Shown here piece after piece: positions 52,401 through 54,381 of a DNA stretch of 64,000 nucleotides (positions are counted from its first letter, which is position 1; every line of letters starts with the position of its first letter). The translations under genes and the position numbers were made by a program. Location of the stretch: assembly GCA_964387845.1 (NCBI GenBank), contig CAYLXA010000006.1:64001-128000 (forward strand). Reading direction: 5' to 3'. The notes under the pieces are model-generated. The model was not told the DNA's origin, searched no databases, and was given only the letters and a program-made list of their open reading frames with translations. This DNA comes from an uncultured bacterium (GTDB lineage Bacteria; Omnitrophota; Omnitrophia; Omnitrophales; Abzuiibacteriaceae).

Positions 52401-53606
52401 TCGGGTTGGAGGAGTTATTTTGAAGTTCCAATTATGCGTAAAGAGAATCAGATTACAATTTCAACGGTCAAATCGCACAAACCTCTTCTTGTATCGGAGA
52501 GCGATCTTTCAAATATCAGCGCGAATCAACTTCCGGTTCGCGATGCATGGGGAGTTGAAGCGAGAATTTTTAAAGACGAGTCTGGTGAGCATGGCGAAAA
52601 GGGAAAGTGGTATTTAAAAGTTGAAAACCTTTCTGATCGAGAACAATATCCTTGGGTTAAGTTTCCGTTTGAAATTTTTAAAGAGTTATACACGCCATTT
52701 TTTATAAAGGATGTTTCAAAAAGCCAAGCGCGATCCGGCTACGATATTTTATTTAATGCTAAAGGCCAGAATGGCAAGCCGGGAAATATCAATCCCGAAA
52801 CGGGTGAAATAGTCTTTCATTTAAGATCGTATCAACACCACCTGTTTGATCTCAGCACGATCAGCGTCATTGAAGATCGAGAGGTGCAAGATCAGGAAGG
52901 TGCGGTGAGTATTCATCGCATTATCCCGTCACAATTTTTTGAGCTTGGGCGTTCAGAGCTTCGGATTGCGGAAAATCGGGCGAGTGCTGCACCGGCCGGA
53001 TTGGTGGACGCGGTTTCATCCGCTCAACAAATGAAAAATGTCCAACGCTTGACAGCGCTTGAAGCTTCTCTGGGCGGGTATGATGCTGCGAATCGCGCGG
53101 TTGGGAATTTCTTAGCGCTTAACCTTGGTGAATTAGTTCCGAGCGTGCAAGGGTCAACGCGTGTTGTGATTGATTTGACCAGTTTCGATAATCTTGCTTC
53201 CGTCAGCGACTTGTTTAACAGTCAATCCATCGTGACTGTGCGCGCGGCAAATGAAGCGCAAAAGGCAAAATTAATAGCAGAGCAGGTTGAGCTGGGTATT
53301 TCCACTAAAGAATTGCGTATCATAACAGGTGATTTGGAAACAATTGTCCGCGGCGAGTGGGAAAAGCTGGGCACTGACTCACCTGATGCGCTCAGGCAAA
53401 TCATACCGCTTACCGGAACGGAGCGTTATCATGGGGCGATTGCCAGGGCGACGATTTTACAAGCTGTGCCTGGTGTTAACATCTTATCAACACAAGAGTT
53501 ACCGATGGTCAAAGACAGTGCTAAACACAGGATTTCGGTGGAAGACCTTGTGTTTGCAATGCAAGTAGCGGAAGAGGCAGAGAGACTGATCGGCCGTTTC
53601 GCGTAA
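25491..53606 (+). CDS. Giant 9,371-aa multi-segment protein with no recognisable catalytic domain
   Basis: A single uninterrupted 28,116-nt reading frame cannot arise by chance. Codon and GC usage are consistent with the neighbouring genes. The N-terminus KVVALIVLFTFTLNTIAWA is a signal/anchor sequence. A hydrophobic cluster at nt ~28640-29230 has 3-4 helices. There are extensive heptad-like, E/K/Q/L-rich coiled-coil tracts. A polytopic membrane region spans nt 46280-49920. Confidence 0.8.
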   Translation: MRQVEKSKTFNLYLKVVALIVLFTFTLNTIAWADGSSNLIQSLQNNKASTYRDILESNLVIDQSLLDTSIIPDKVGHIKSRFQGKKPQTIYHIQDAHINYDAQINISKIIEQVSKANGTDLINVEGAMGRLNNYWLSSFPNAEARELVGDYFVREGRLSGPAFASIVTLPRSIINGVEDEALYEENRQAFLTALAFRDRNEGLLQSLRNGLDHVARYIFPDDLRELRIRHDAFQEDSLSMKAFVRYLVELAQANSVSLYRYRHIDAFMKLVELEKSINFETAEKDLEGLLSEIKKRMPAQDVSAFGFKVLQYHRKKYSRKDFFEYIDQLINKLQISGEAFMPALNYVAYMRSFDTIGVELFDEIRLAEDDLKNKLFRNETEVKLDRLYRLHELLKHIFDFSLTKEDAEFFYSYRDEFKITNFKAFIGEQAKALGIEVELDPKLEQIDDDLLKVEKFYEIALKRDKVLIERSLKAMEAEGRKSAFIVTGGFHTPGIERYLRERDISYVVIAPRISSKIDEVKEAMRYESAMRDMPSKIESLLKEVYQPQKAMMLNDPRYQVSAPQVIRPFGSEGKFEIGAGAILRGFVGKSELRRWLPALSENLIASGIDSNLAARTLERFQDFQRNFDSYIKVEINKTHVIASRLPDGRVLMTVMYPSKDKSEVGRPGGMHDYAKIAEIGKFVIEVFITDRAFLESILKRDGAKVVESSDWVSEALPPSSQSTVPERAISVDLAMAKMHNGGQTWELLQKIAQSSDLNWTAMSVNEKLASIESILIDRKINRDNLARAASEELKIISPSAEITLQSRFSVRVFIFLAENAFDLKKMRIRDELLSLIQSRNRFDEEVDVAVSAGPAALESLRSELRHLNALAGDTRVVSQAVIRVNSELRKISAPVSEEVKPVALESGAPAETAKVEKSATEVTEPKAQEVKPTRAPPAPKLSKAEIINKILAKQAAKSSEPLNFISNISLKAKTADIIAAIKAIGFDDEDLELLSQLSGINADSSVQEWRYVYTQVRRIFEKMYKVRDQRHGEAKAESKEPLVDRILRASWSAVKWFSNPFKVGKWLITVGPHLLDSFYFGYTRRAWQMTLFGKDIKPFNRADHIQQVVDTLSGAMLNAREKNFDSFLNRSRFGNSNWSIVYRFVDKYISKLFVLPHFEFFMKRWKMAVFGVFALGTVSVLLPASVAGYSLLGPVGIWITSAFEGAGFLSVAANAFVHAFTVSSFLNTAILAFMLTIPNFAKRFSNLRMDRMIITQLGRLKNLQSLDYPVVRKVLSDVTQGGLPVEQKLQIILELQSLLPHVRYDNDSQKTLFTTLVHDEVSRIQDALKSSTQERAPPVVESPNLIQRYIISPLFGVIRATFTINFAKAFAKSMFGMLTVGAEIGALAGGHAPGEYGAAHYMDEYLLSKPVSFIMKNITGNADFDIQVSYFEPAVNYVERFMINVGHYAVEGVEHTFGFSAAEIVAKTWASVLNTFGIKTEVGQLLSEGISLQEIEVARQLGLPAQFLKFGQKIPEPQKQIAAAPATGGAAGMGLAMNPMLAIAQIAAISAMGSTKEVRDGTEYKDEKPKGAAIPPVLFEKFEFAVPLHSSVANLENLRKDYGSVPASERYQAALALPKAEEEYEAAKKKAFLNLFASERLAAKEKVDRLQSLTGDSILKEKQKVFWKLIKEIDERQKSLDKTIEQIYKSVTHYTSDKKAAEQFIEEARDQISAMRAMTDYFSADDARYAVRTGAWQVMDAAASDKEVAKIRADMASREQKMVGQLERVKDILDQWPTYVESVLSGADVDVPARLIDEEYLPWGERAKVWLAGKGIPNEVIVSTEGLMTLLHGVPIPMPWAQNESWKGSLRVAQHDVNQGRAVLVVTDQGNDSIRHDGAEVFRAGLKAGIKEALVLRHDLMPSQRNNFVVTATFYSASAERLIPVLLDVVRQNPDIKFNARMYDTTLQKTSSKQAETIAKLEQDAKVLPNLFVLNLIMDDGGYSNKGIDGTPDRVVNYEVRRNNGKGPFIGHFPGIGGADDPDTFAAVMKFRKQEIGAASSAAAEPVSEPKTRHHVVVVYQGKSATPPVDKVVDQVEGLGGWQIARMKGNEFSDTVRSQKALVAKKVEEFKSLNQPVKAVTRVDQFERALIKETESEIVPQQTAEVKAETEKIQVALTSAMPKLQEVEPVAEEAIELVSAAQKKSAVEQPVLLSDLPPLSYSQYRSEQTPGEQLSGIDQFVSKDIAEQMRKDASIFSPLAGAPVGTPTYGFRDQKGGDIFETENLSALELKNLENESEFQSADFATSIHVFLKARDLINRGAAERRLELFLEALRKVELSPDGLLYDRYDIKRHSKIGEKTNLQTSKAIYELAVQIQSEYEQIAKGRSKIDIRLIKEKNLIRLAGLVKEKFTRAQNIRLPEIPQPELPKRLFVEKDAEPLQIEESVAASKPLLAPEVVRVPQTAAVSGERAVVSSVEEIELVAVSTRPLVEEKVLEPAVEKQEPAVALVESIPAPEQEKVEPKPAVISVQYEMPGKGGDVKVAYPEFEPGQVQVMFQTEVSVPEKPAPVPASAPPSTTQANQPASLQAIEEKTVQAVPAAAPSLVSANKPVSIDEREPVEMEIKIAQQPEKVEEVEKAEPKVPAQKLRIQLPDFKRWIKSAKIAAAGLVALSGAWVNEVSAKFQAIPPATVQKAPEVKEAKEEIVKEEIALTPPVKIEAPSQEKWTDLEHQKTADVVMAALRSAPQDLREKVLELIRSKAGAPDYIREFDDLVPVPEDIRSRAKIETVSPGQEIKYFGEKEFWDAMQAIYPPDKDRPHFTPSYIRDNKVAMTHEELLNRKDLEIYVNGRSLGQKSADHLRQSKELEKLPIFFIRVGAGFVGFDYTGATISIGLRGQYSLGHDLAEWRQVLNVMSEEHKVAADILKRYVAFRAVGYQYAQAQEKVSNADAEIKRMNEQLAKGIYQVATHQDEYAIGKAISIIQHEIKTQQQWRYNQYDTSRVLGEIMKLDSRQVHVELNSDYVRQIRKEFADAPNSLKSLDPYKQQEIYLKTAMEILSDRIELAQRHLSSISYELRFDIFLANKASDLLALIGGFGVRKGNDRTLGQKYIDIAKKQIDRYKQYGDERYKVEKLVRDYQKLKERYDTTYTESVKAAQKHYELAKKLDALEVIPINELEQAWKAYESQLKEKDALYVQLQRIVAEMEGLRTAQLSAESIENPSPTMRELQKLEQRLKDTDQIDSLVQIREAEGVTGNELQFYKRIQQNPDKERSDIQAERVELVRQLREDASRIRAIQDKSGLNIDYLYPLDSRKGEWMWKTGRAIKGLDGKYYTIPMLIPIKAEYQSYAESLMERGLAKQNFLGNFQSSFSDRHIEDQAHELMNRYLEIRPKDGQKPAWSREERTQKIKEFNEMAESYLKRLEELVPAYAALDYAGRPKSYGERLMSDEEWQNFHSEYKKFERSYYAAQEMVAELSQEILPATGDAVNPQIDVLKAQKLAAETAKKSIDLNMFDEATNIADASDLTIPEHIIGPATVRAQTTDVPVRAWQEGLLSAAMPMIRKQSNVLFDLNIQGYNFELERLFKKDFETKELQAIPVIGWFVPGSDSEITEMRAQVLVIRQKVMKPDDSGSGGGLGGGMGGGGQLQLPGKLGKLQQMMGQMQQLMGSFQGLGNGAQTFLGAAGQRFPMVARAQGLLQGINAQQQIFNQFTGGQNSSLLPFVTGQMNQLNQTGRIPSVGLASSGATGPHGALQTSTPGRVSGEAYSADAFNQGLDSLRQGGDLAKEVTGKLQGQGGEQGGMTEEIEYEIAGVFTVQFKLTGSNEEKQNQLRTLIALNEQNKVLYETDQQKKLLEIAIDYEGKVQLLRARKLHREFVNTTRRAILDKFTEWRVTPAKQVEFEADLAVIDKNIDDLEKEIAETPNKIREALKVTPEAANGLLHMMKSEIEKHGIVDIRELNGIENLRRQIVENPYADRAAGYRVLAAQLEESRAKLFEKIKNAYQVELSVSTKLEFNVVLQELGYAIRNAVAGEQRGTINDFLGQIQTGLNPQEMQGQRDRLEALTTAIRKSGLKREVMDALFEVAIVERVMQERVRQNEKNRMEQLIRLEEAKLRLRREEIQLAKIHEQKRITPADNWIKQVLLSAEIYIQELLLMGARDDLAKAIMQSLSAIAMSEEEIRSLQVLTNAEQRIHESNRRIGLLQAQAVESDVSTREEFFELQRELKWLYERRDQYSLPSTPDGSLNELDQKIAENHKAIQALVADALLRNPKIKEKVTKEEVIRDELLISKKNIEEEKQAVISRHDQEVKVILDPMIQLHQERAQLGIDAANRLDVERAKKGEDPVLVELSDARLAQSVSEVEGIDRNAVLDVMSKVMNVIGDIEVAQTMLREWDGKALPRYLDRLLRNLYFLAGTNQLDDVLRGTAQGSFKMGIGGSLISDEDLRNLIRAEASRWAIRVKEVVRDKIIRDEQAKIYSEYLQYVSLIEELYIDLKNIRALEKAIKAYEARAKRQYDTERLNDATGPYEKLEQAKVRLYVSLKRIKVQRAQLEFLTQEYLPHNVSVFKSVKASGKSVEENLEIEFRTSAAHEQGVDLEALGAMLSGEVAAENPFPAGSDKAVFWNKFYRSNIRGDEFIREVRKLRMSPEDVSKLKKENGLEQWIWGSSDNQFQVAKAMNENLNADAIGFFLFPFGSFKFDINAFLGGSWDFKNKPEFLNIINASAEVEFDWGAKWQAFQSAVQKSLNEAFKLDEISNDAVRRRHQMLMEYAFMQIMYEASQEILKTAIENESTWYKALMRGKIDWDKYYTSNTHGLARIWDLERTLKEEWVALHAASRNIQNSLEESGIQSTSVLIQSFPLPLPPEIEHKLVSEAEIQLQEHAAQQEKAALEKAAQDAAARTKFFSEFKDLFSRLKSLTENMLVNLENVMNKLGDLQDQYKPTQHHGELSPEAKAILPDTNEFLRVLKVKTQSGVDSVDLETFAERMATFGRERHMSSEDLQNLIRSAIEIAKKLEAAPGEAPNELQTKWAAMSAPGTKADGSAFLMSERWPPFLEIPLRHLFTQEEIIRSRGSIADKNLNLYQIGAILLSAMREQAAKELDYRFENNLDELVNGVEAYKQIRAGSGDASAVQRYLSWYRKWVIPVGSAESLFSTGVLLYRPWVKFQRAGDQEINIDDIRQHWSFVSTSFVKHIQKSEKFQAIAQYLGLDPVEFFDSQKDQGRLYAIISELLNTGIIKTLPTTEAELEALNAEIDHFFGELMPLIEERKYFYLTVGALPNYSDLTQMQHYTALDGRLTGTGGAELPFAKFQEDAARMEDGIGKLQKLLPSDIIFYQQVKEAKNVLDVIKNASDYSQISDLEGLMDHLREIVDYARETYASLLLGDAYYHYGFFRENKAVLVQLNLIDKKDLNSKGALKPDSLRPVTQKYNQLLLHSKDYIEHFYLGKPIDFSSMDQIGVWNALAQTKAAGLDDTVFSAYLNWASRIAGIREKSALSDANRELAAQLWKIIPGLQDKISEQKYAEALASGLAVHILLNPELTEADLIQLIQNIKAMLQNPELVESVIRESQSELEIIYGELRSIDLTRQKDFGIFFNAFAEAHELGFSQFLVRHQRTMNLIQEHQRIREQEKGTGSRAETALSRAILIGSQIERVKNGDGAVQIDEISFFQNQKARNSVMWVLSGMADEGVDPFVLKSEAILDFLREFYSDQPVRYDHLGRVSVDAESKTAVELAAELAREREVVFQGQDALTISAEGIKQSRVIWNRVMAELGGMADEGLQTWIQKHRGSDKQIGVFPMLSNREQLNKLFPSIEAFYQSIFGAANTPEINPETFKANKRVQMLVTAWLGSAAEEGLAEWNAKSDVIARILSNPEERKQVIEATREYAHALEKILKIDYPEISEQSLVDDRRARALVLAWTGAQQEDGKVKWARKNSDIITFSERVNAQADFAEGLDNVTRHYYEAKYGEAVGRSWTPSQRGQQVGLIFMLARQYVENPNLTDGRLIEYVNAMADLAPVFIGRDASSRSFDQSRIHQTYLRLIGETKSRHDQQHEMGWVDAELAYMAELIGWDGVNWKKRDRWRSLSSSEKIEHRYRVLEKATDPVIQQEARDLMALVSSKSSDQWDLRAHPSDLGFLVTWADMKMEAGEATDLFGQYRHVIDSSAFSRYLKEFDIAQEFRKELASTFSEVVKKANGEDADRNQIERFYELMGRVSSFAKFTSLQFDQKIKVNLEVIDALKRYYGQSASDSSQAMIDGVIDLLSVLKIEPVELAGMQAENYYQLREMMYLMAKISEYRRNREMANDGPVPQAYVEDMKREYRSVFVESMLPGFAQKIVPAKHGKLENWIGDFESIIRELADYPIELESSDAISQYNFARFLKNLEEEGIVLDDASVKIYERVFKQYQLMGLASWWLDQKLPEAEEQFTLSEIKERIQRKKLVWALNEKYWNSESLHMPVTADEISFLADLELYEDEYEHFFRMSALFQNWASAHLGRHLFFDEIIYFYFAPGKYFGDLVMPFRGGLSRLLTWGQDPDLLSRFRAKHLFENVLTGPEQALYQVAMNRENEERRFILWHGQKQLLRVIGLGPDYEDYWYDILHEKQTLGEYASEKYLKELLVMGRVLSEGVRWLALGNHFSYDDNMLTDEFKRNQYIILRLLTRREYRILTSDEEKMSIKKLIEYTRDQTKNKKVEIENPSEWVESLKELARAHNRVIETEQELKEIIKSILWDAETIIDEADREYDVKLDQDSVLKVIMEQRINGELHQITKAEEMITKHFANSVIGRNSIELSNEENQMPVSVLIEKWLNDYELQNTPIAGLKDRWILAANDRSLDYVSIKTIFSDLKTMQDAWRNAPLFRPMDLIESLKLVNKVRRFGLDNIGIVEPEILTPVQRTEKYKKNKKLFLGMIGSDLIADSTQQIAILFNQQTKNWSIQKTIDDLEKDKSIETKQESFRLIHGAAVVLVLSLILVTIRAHYLKWRQMQSAKKAGLPTPQTPYRQGLFKKVSESVKGFSPLTWVNIIYFASVLLIAGSMSWAYFVAHAWAISHSTFSTLMVIMFSYLSLTNAHILVDRLITLPKFRDRLFRKQPVDDVKTPNFKDAFRAGNFPPGHQAVVAIITQAKGNTFGKLDQRTGELKGQVIENLMVSLKNNPGVPGVIIQAGQDLDDVETNRQIRMIEALEKALGTRVYYFRRNNLFSAGDINLEKKFGAFQEYMRFVGDGAMFAENETDQYPGRHFGLDVTKNVSWVAGWTVLAATLFNALIPGLLLNPLGLVVGILGISLGVGYLWTLWKYGQAKRISIKTIVGKNELSALTRSTLPYYDVIYGDLGAIGFVDMESGQSLQGSRTWRADEAYWQKIKLDTEHPNKIWLSFILDDKNKVGMNSTNEDTEGLTEADRWLRDRMKVENPLERREQNAYYEAVRKAAETMYRESWAAMGQPVYEIGNPNASMFSEMLSIAARVGEFYAGAQKIFGRGRANFTGKGPVVVDRWLHGTRERHQKIMWGFGLGSIGGVLVGALISSLLFGVGNIGFGMLIGYFLGGAILGNFEMRYGTAYGVIYYGELSHDYAEGGSVGAAYLSNVGITEDATTDLAKENERGPTRWFQGVIPYWRHQFGPGYTLIDRWMMFLAEKMYLNDTLFLFWLIGGFVGITFSGLADTFYPVARLQEYSEPLYAMGLYILNMLVIIGFANFVGAFWKSADNAGVATSKERFQAIARSTMIYLNKPFITTAYAIPNLFRVLVGGEHPRARDWAPEHKLRALVFGSLIGAINLLLLANLFVGWVSISWMVPAAVFVASFYAIHRLAGRYIPVARIFAELLYLTLKFSLFAIPIVVLSAYSYINEPLVAFLEKFSFISFISAPIQALLIQIFGTIILEAKALKWIRELEEILKEPLPWRGFTLVAGSKGPLKMYESAVMVKWSLITTVAVILSHVVITSNFWVISGWGIPLFVSWSIGWFYVWYTSKMMPDFVRETKTDKSGEVIKDAQGKAKLFPRLWKSIPKLAIAELVKTSKNKEDKEIIRIGDVQIKMEDIRWRTVPTILFLYTKEALSLSSMKQNLNPSVLWKKIKSAPARADHWANGLFMLGVVFGTFLFLGVVIGTPLYLWFGTGHLFLPTASFWSKVGIVWQYYIGAVVAALVLPGVFGHLFALTVFPLVWINRQLVLIKTFFTKVVDTKGPNFKKGHDDKGSPESIQEGVQNVQLEVANFISQISNRKISGFADEVMREKDPVKIFDMFFNLDAFKIWKFRIGGSLFRWIHQVKMKREAWRMSQRPDDYMSVAQHQNEMFIALKALFEGRTDFLNQKTFDKQALDSALLKRLQESVDSLSEREKTLLALTVVLKDFGKIATAGPLDPVAGSNIVEKLLTKLQFDPKDVHFIKQLILRNRELGSLHWGEKDPLKILSGLEVEKTELFLKLLTIIYVVDVSAVGTGKLTSTHLSNALFMQDQSNLYSFALTWPEFRAASFYSKAAGQVLDLNQPQFTNHIDPVLLQEIKESGGNYDFREFMYNVTFQRAINIFRYFVRNGHPENVTKLLYIFFRLYQITGMKYIGILDDSEPVAEALDKKLSSISWEELRFARVEAPSVEVKLQKETEWDTTRDTVYAIEKSTVVVRKKTNLDTVETVLSLPFQYTDDHQQVLINADPDPSPRSELRQIKIGDLTWLSSISEFQKLKATNPARAAHMAEVVRYFKAFSEGDFAYFAERLQDRAATQPDKIARFETKMSDLKKKFDSLNDDQRLALWLAVNLHDIGYLTGGSKDESTRGSVLAEEILTREGVKESVVDLASRIVLAHELLGNVVVGERAPQSAWPSIAPLFDFLQIHTVVDVAGYGLMTTYVLDWFLEVKDKLEQIAQTFDQYRLERLVKPAPNADAISADALEHLNDAIRKIFGDEEEILRSVLRSRVEFLSRSSTIARKLAAIDPSYEGYAKFMRMAGHLALLAGEDASISVFSDLDRFDGRPTSKKDMDQALEAIAQRILELPNTISITDARYHLEESGWRSYFEVPIMRKENQITISTVKSHKPLLVSESDLSNISANQLPVRDAWGVEARIFKDESGEHGEKGKWYLKVENLSDREQYPWVKFPFEIFKELYTPFFIKDVSKSQARSGYDILFNAKGQNGKPGNINPETGEIVFHLRSYQHHLFDLSTISVIEDREVQDQEGAVSIHRIIPSQFFELGRSELRIAENRASAAPAGLVDAVSSAQQMKNVQRLTALEASLGGYDAANRAVGNFLALNLGELVPSVQGSTRVVIDLTSFDNLASVSDLFNSQSIVTVRAANEAQKAKLIAEQVELGISTKELRIITGDLETIVRGEWEKLGTDSPDALRQIIPLTGTERYHGAIARATILQAVPGVNILSTQELPMVKDSAKHRISVEDLVFAMQVAEEAERLIGRFA
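32690..33600 (+). repeat. Low-complexity P/E/V/K/A-rich (PEVK-like) disordered linker, ~300 aa, inside the giant protein
   Basis: Examples of the composition are PAVEKQEPAVALVESIPAPEQEKVEPKPAV, VPEKPAPVPASAPPSTT and KAPEVKEAKEEIVKEEIALTPPVKIEAP. It is followed by one hydrophobic helix (IAAAGLVALSGAWV). Confidence 0.6.
36300..36835 (+). repeat. Q/G/M/N-rich low-complexity segment, ~175 aa, inside the giant protein
   Basis: Examples of the composition are DDSGSGGGLGGGMGGGGQLQLPGKLGKLQQMMGQMQQLMGSFQGLGNG and GQGGEQGG. It has prion-like or FG-like character. Confidence 0.6.
42440..43375 (+). repeat. Four degenerate tandem ~80-aa modules with core W(V/L/T)xG(M/A)A(D/E)EG(x)xxW inside the giant protein
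   Basis: The cores are MWVLSGMADEGVDPF, VMAELGGMADEGLQTW, VTAWLGSAAEEGLAEW and LAWTGAQQEDGKVKW. They recur with a period of ~240-270 nt. Confidence 0.5.
46280..49920 (+). other. Polytopic membrane-embedded region of the giant protein (roughly 16-20 predicted TM helices with soluble loops)
   Basis: Hydrophobic runs include AAVVLVLSLILVTI, VNIIYFASVLLIAGSMSWAYFV, WTVLAATLFNALIPGLLLNPLGLVVGILGISLGVGYLW, SIGGVLVGALISSLLFGVGNIGFGMLIGYFLGGAIL, LFLFWLIGGFVGITFSGL, LYILNMLVIIGFANFVGAF, ALVFGSLIGAINLLLLANLFVGWV, AVILSHVVITSNFWVISGWGIPLFVSWSIGWFYVWY and LFMLGVVFGTFLFLGVVIGTPLYLWF. Confidence 0.6.
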
Positions 53607-53650
53607 AAGTACTCATTTTTTTAAATCGCACGGCCGATAATTAATTTGAT

Positions 53651-54241
53651 ATGAACGATACTCCTAATAATAATCCATCACAGCCGAAAGCCTCAGACAG
53701 AAGGTCCGTCCGCAACATCATCATTCACAAGCCGATGCAGCAGCAGTTTACGCTCATCACGATTGCGATCATGATGTTCTCGGCGTGCGGTGTGAGTTTC
53801 GTTATCCATTCGACACTTCATGAAACGATCGCGGACAGTGTGGGAAGGATCGGCGGAATCGGCGCATATACGATCCTTTCGGATGTCAGTTATGATTTGA
53901 TCGTCCGCGTTGTTCTTGTTTTCTTTGCAACGATTATTGCAGTCGGGCTTTTCGGCATATTTTTCCTGCACCGGGTTGCGGGGCCGGCGTACCGGTTCCA
54001 TCAATTGTTTAAAAGCCTGAGCCGCGATCAAATTCCGTCGGATGTCACGCTGCGCGAGAAAGATTTCTTCAAGGAAATCGCGGTTGAATTGAACATGGTT
54101 TTTAAGTCGCTCCGGAAGCGCCAGCAGGCGATTGAACAGGTCGAAACCATCATCTCATCCATGTCCTCAGCGCAGCTGCCGCCCGAGACCAAGCAAAAAG
54201 TGGAACAGCTTCGTTCTATTCTCCAAGAGTTAAAGAAGTAG
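53651..54241 (+). CDS. Small two-TM membrane protein with a HAMP-like juxtamembrane segment and no output domain
   Basis: TM1 is FTLITIAIMMFSACGVSFVI and TM2 is LIVRVVLVFFATIIAVGLFGIFFL. TM2 is followed by HRVAGPAYRFHQLFKSL, which is HAMP-like, and a helical C-terminal tail. It lies 45 nt downstream of the giant gene. Confidence 0.4.
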   Translation: MNDTPNNNPSQPKASDRRSVRNIIIHKPMQQQFTLITIAIMMFSACGVSFVIHSTLHETIADSVGRIGGIGAYTILSDVSYDLIVRVVLVFFATIIAVGLFGIFFLHRVAGPAYRFHQLFKSLSRDQIPSDVTLREKDFFKEIAVELNMVFKSLRKRQQAIEQVETIISSMSSAQLPPETKQKVEQLRSILQELKK

Positions 54242-54277
54242 AATCGCCGGCTTTACCTCCTAAAATGCCTTATTGCC

Positions 54278-54305
54278 TTGACAATATATAGAAGCTGAGT
54301 ATAAT
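54278..54305 (+). promoter_or_regulatory. Consensus sigma70 promoter TTGACA-N16-TATAAT for the nusA-infB operon
   Basis: The -35 TTGACA is at 54278-54283 and the -10 TATAAT at 54300-54305. Confidence 0.5.
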
Positions 54306-54327
54306 TACTTCACTTTTTGTGGTGACA

Positions 54328-54360
54328 AAAGTGGGCCCAATGCCCACTTTTTTTATTTTG
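54328..54360 (+). terminator. Intrinsic-terminator-like hairpin in the nusA leader (probable NusA-dependent attenuator)
   Basis: The stem AAAGTGGGC (54328-54336) pairs with GCCCACTTT (54342-54350) around the loop CCAAT. It is followed by TTTTTTATTTT. The position is between the promoter and the nusA ATG at 54382. Confidence 0.45.
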
Positions 54361-54381
54361 AAGGAGAATTTAGGTGTCAAA

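Noticed and set aside
25672-53568. Dozens of 60-160-aa ORFs on the minus strand and in alternate + frames inside the giant gene (for example 27506-27898, 32199-32675, 34479-34901, 50324-50674)
   Set aside because: They lie entirely within one uninterrupted 28-kb reading frame whose codon and GC usage match the neighbouring genes. Antisense and out-of-frame ORFs of this size are expected by chance in a stop-free sense frame. None has an RBS or recognisable motifs.
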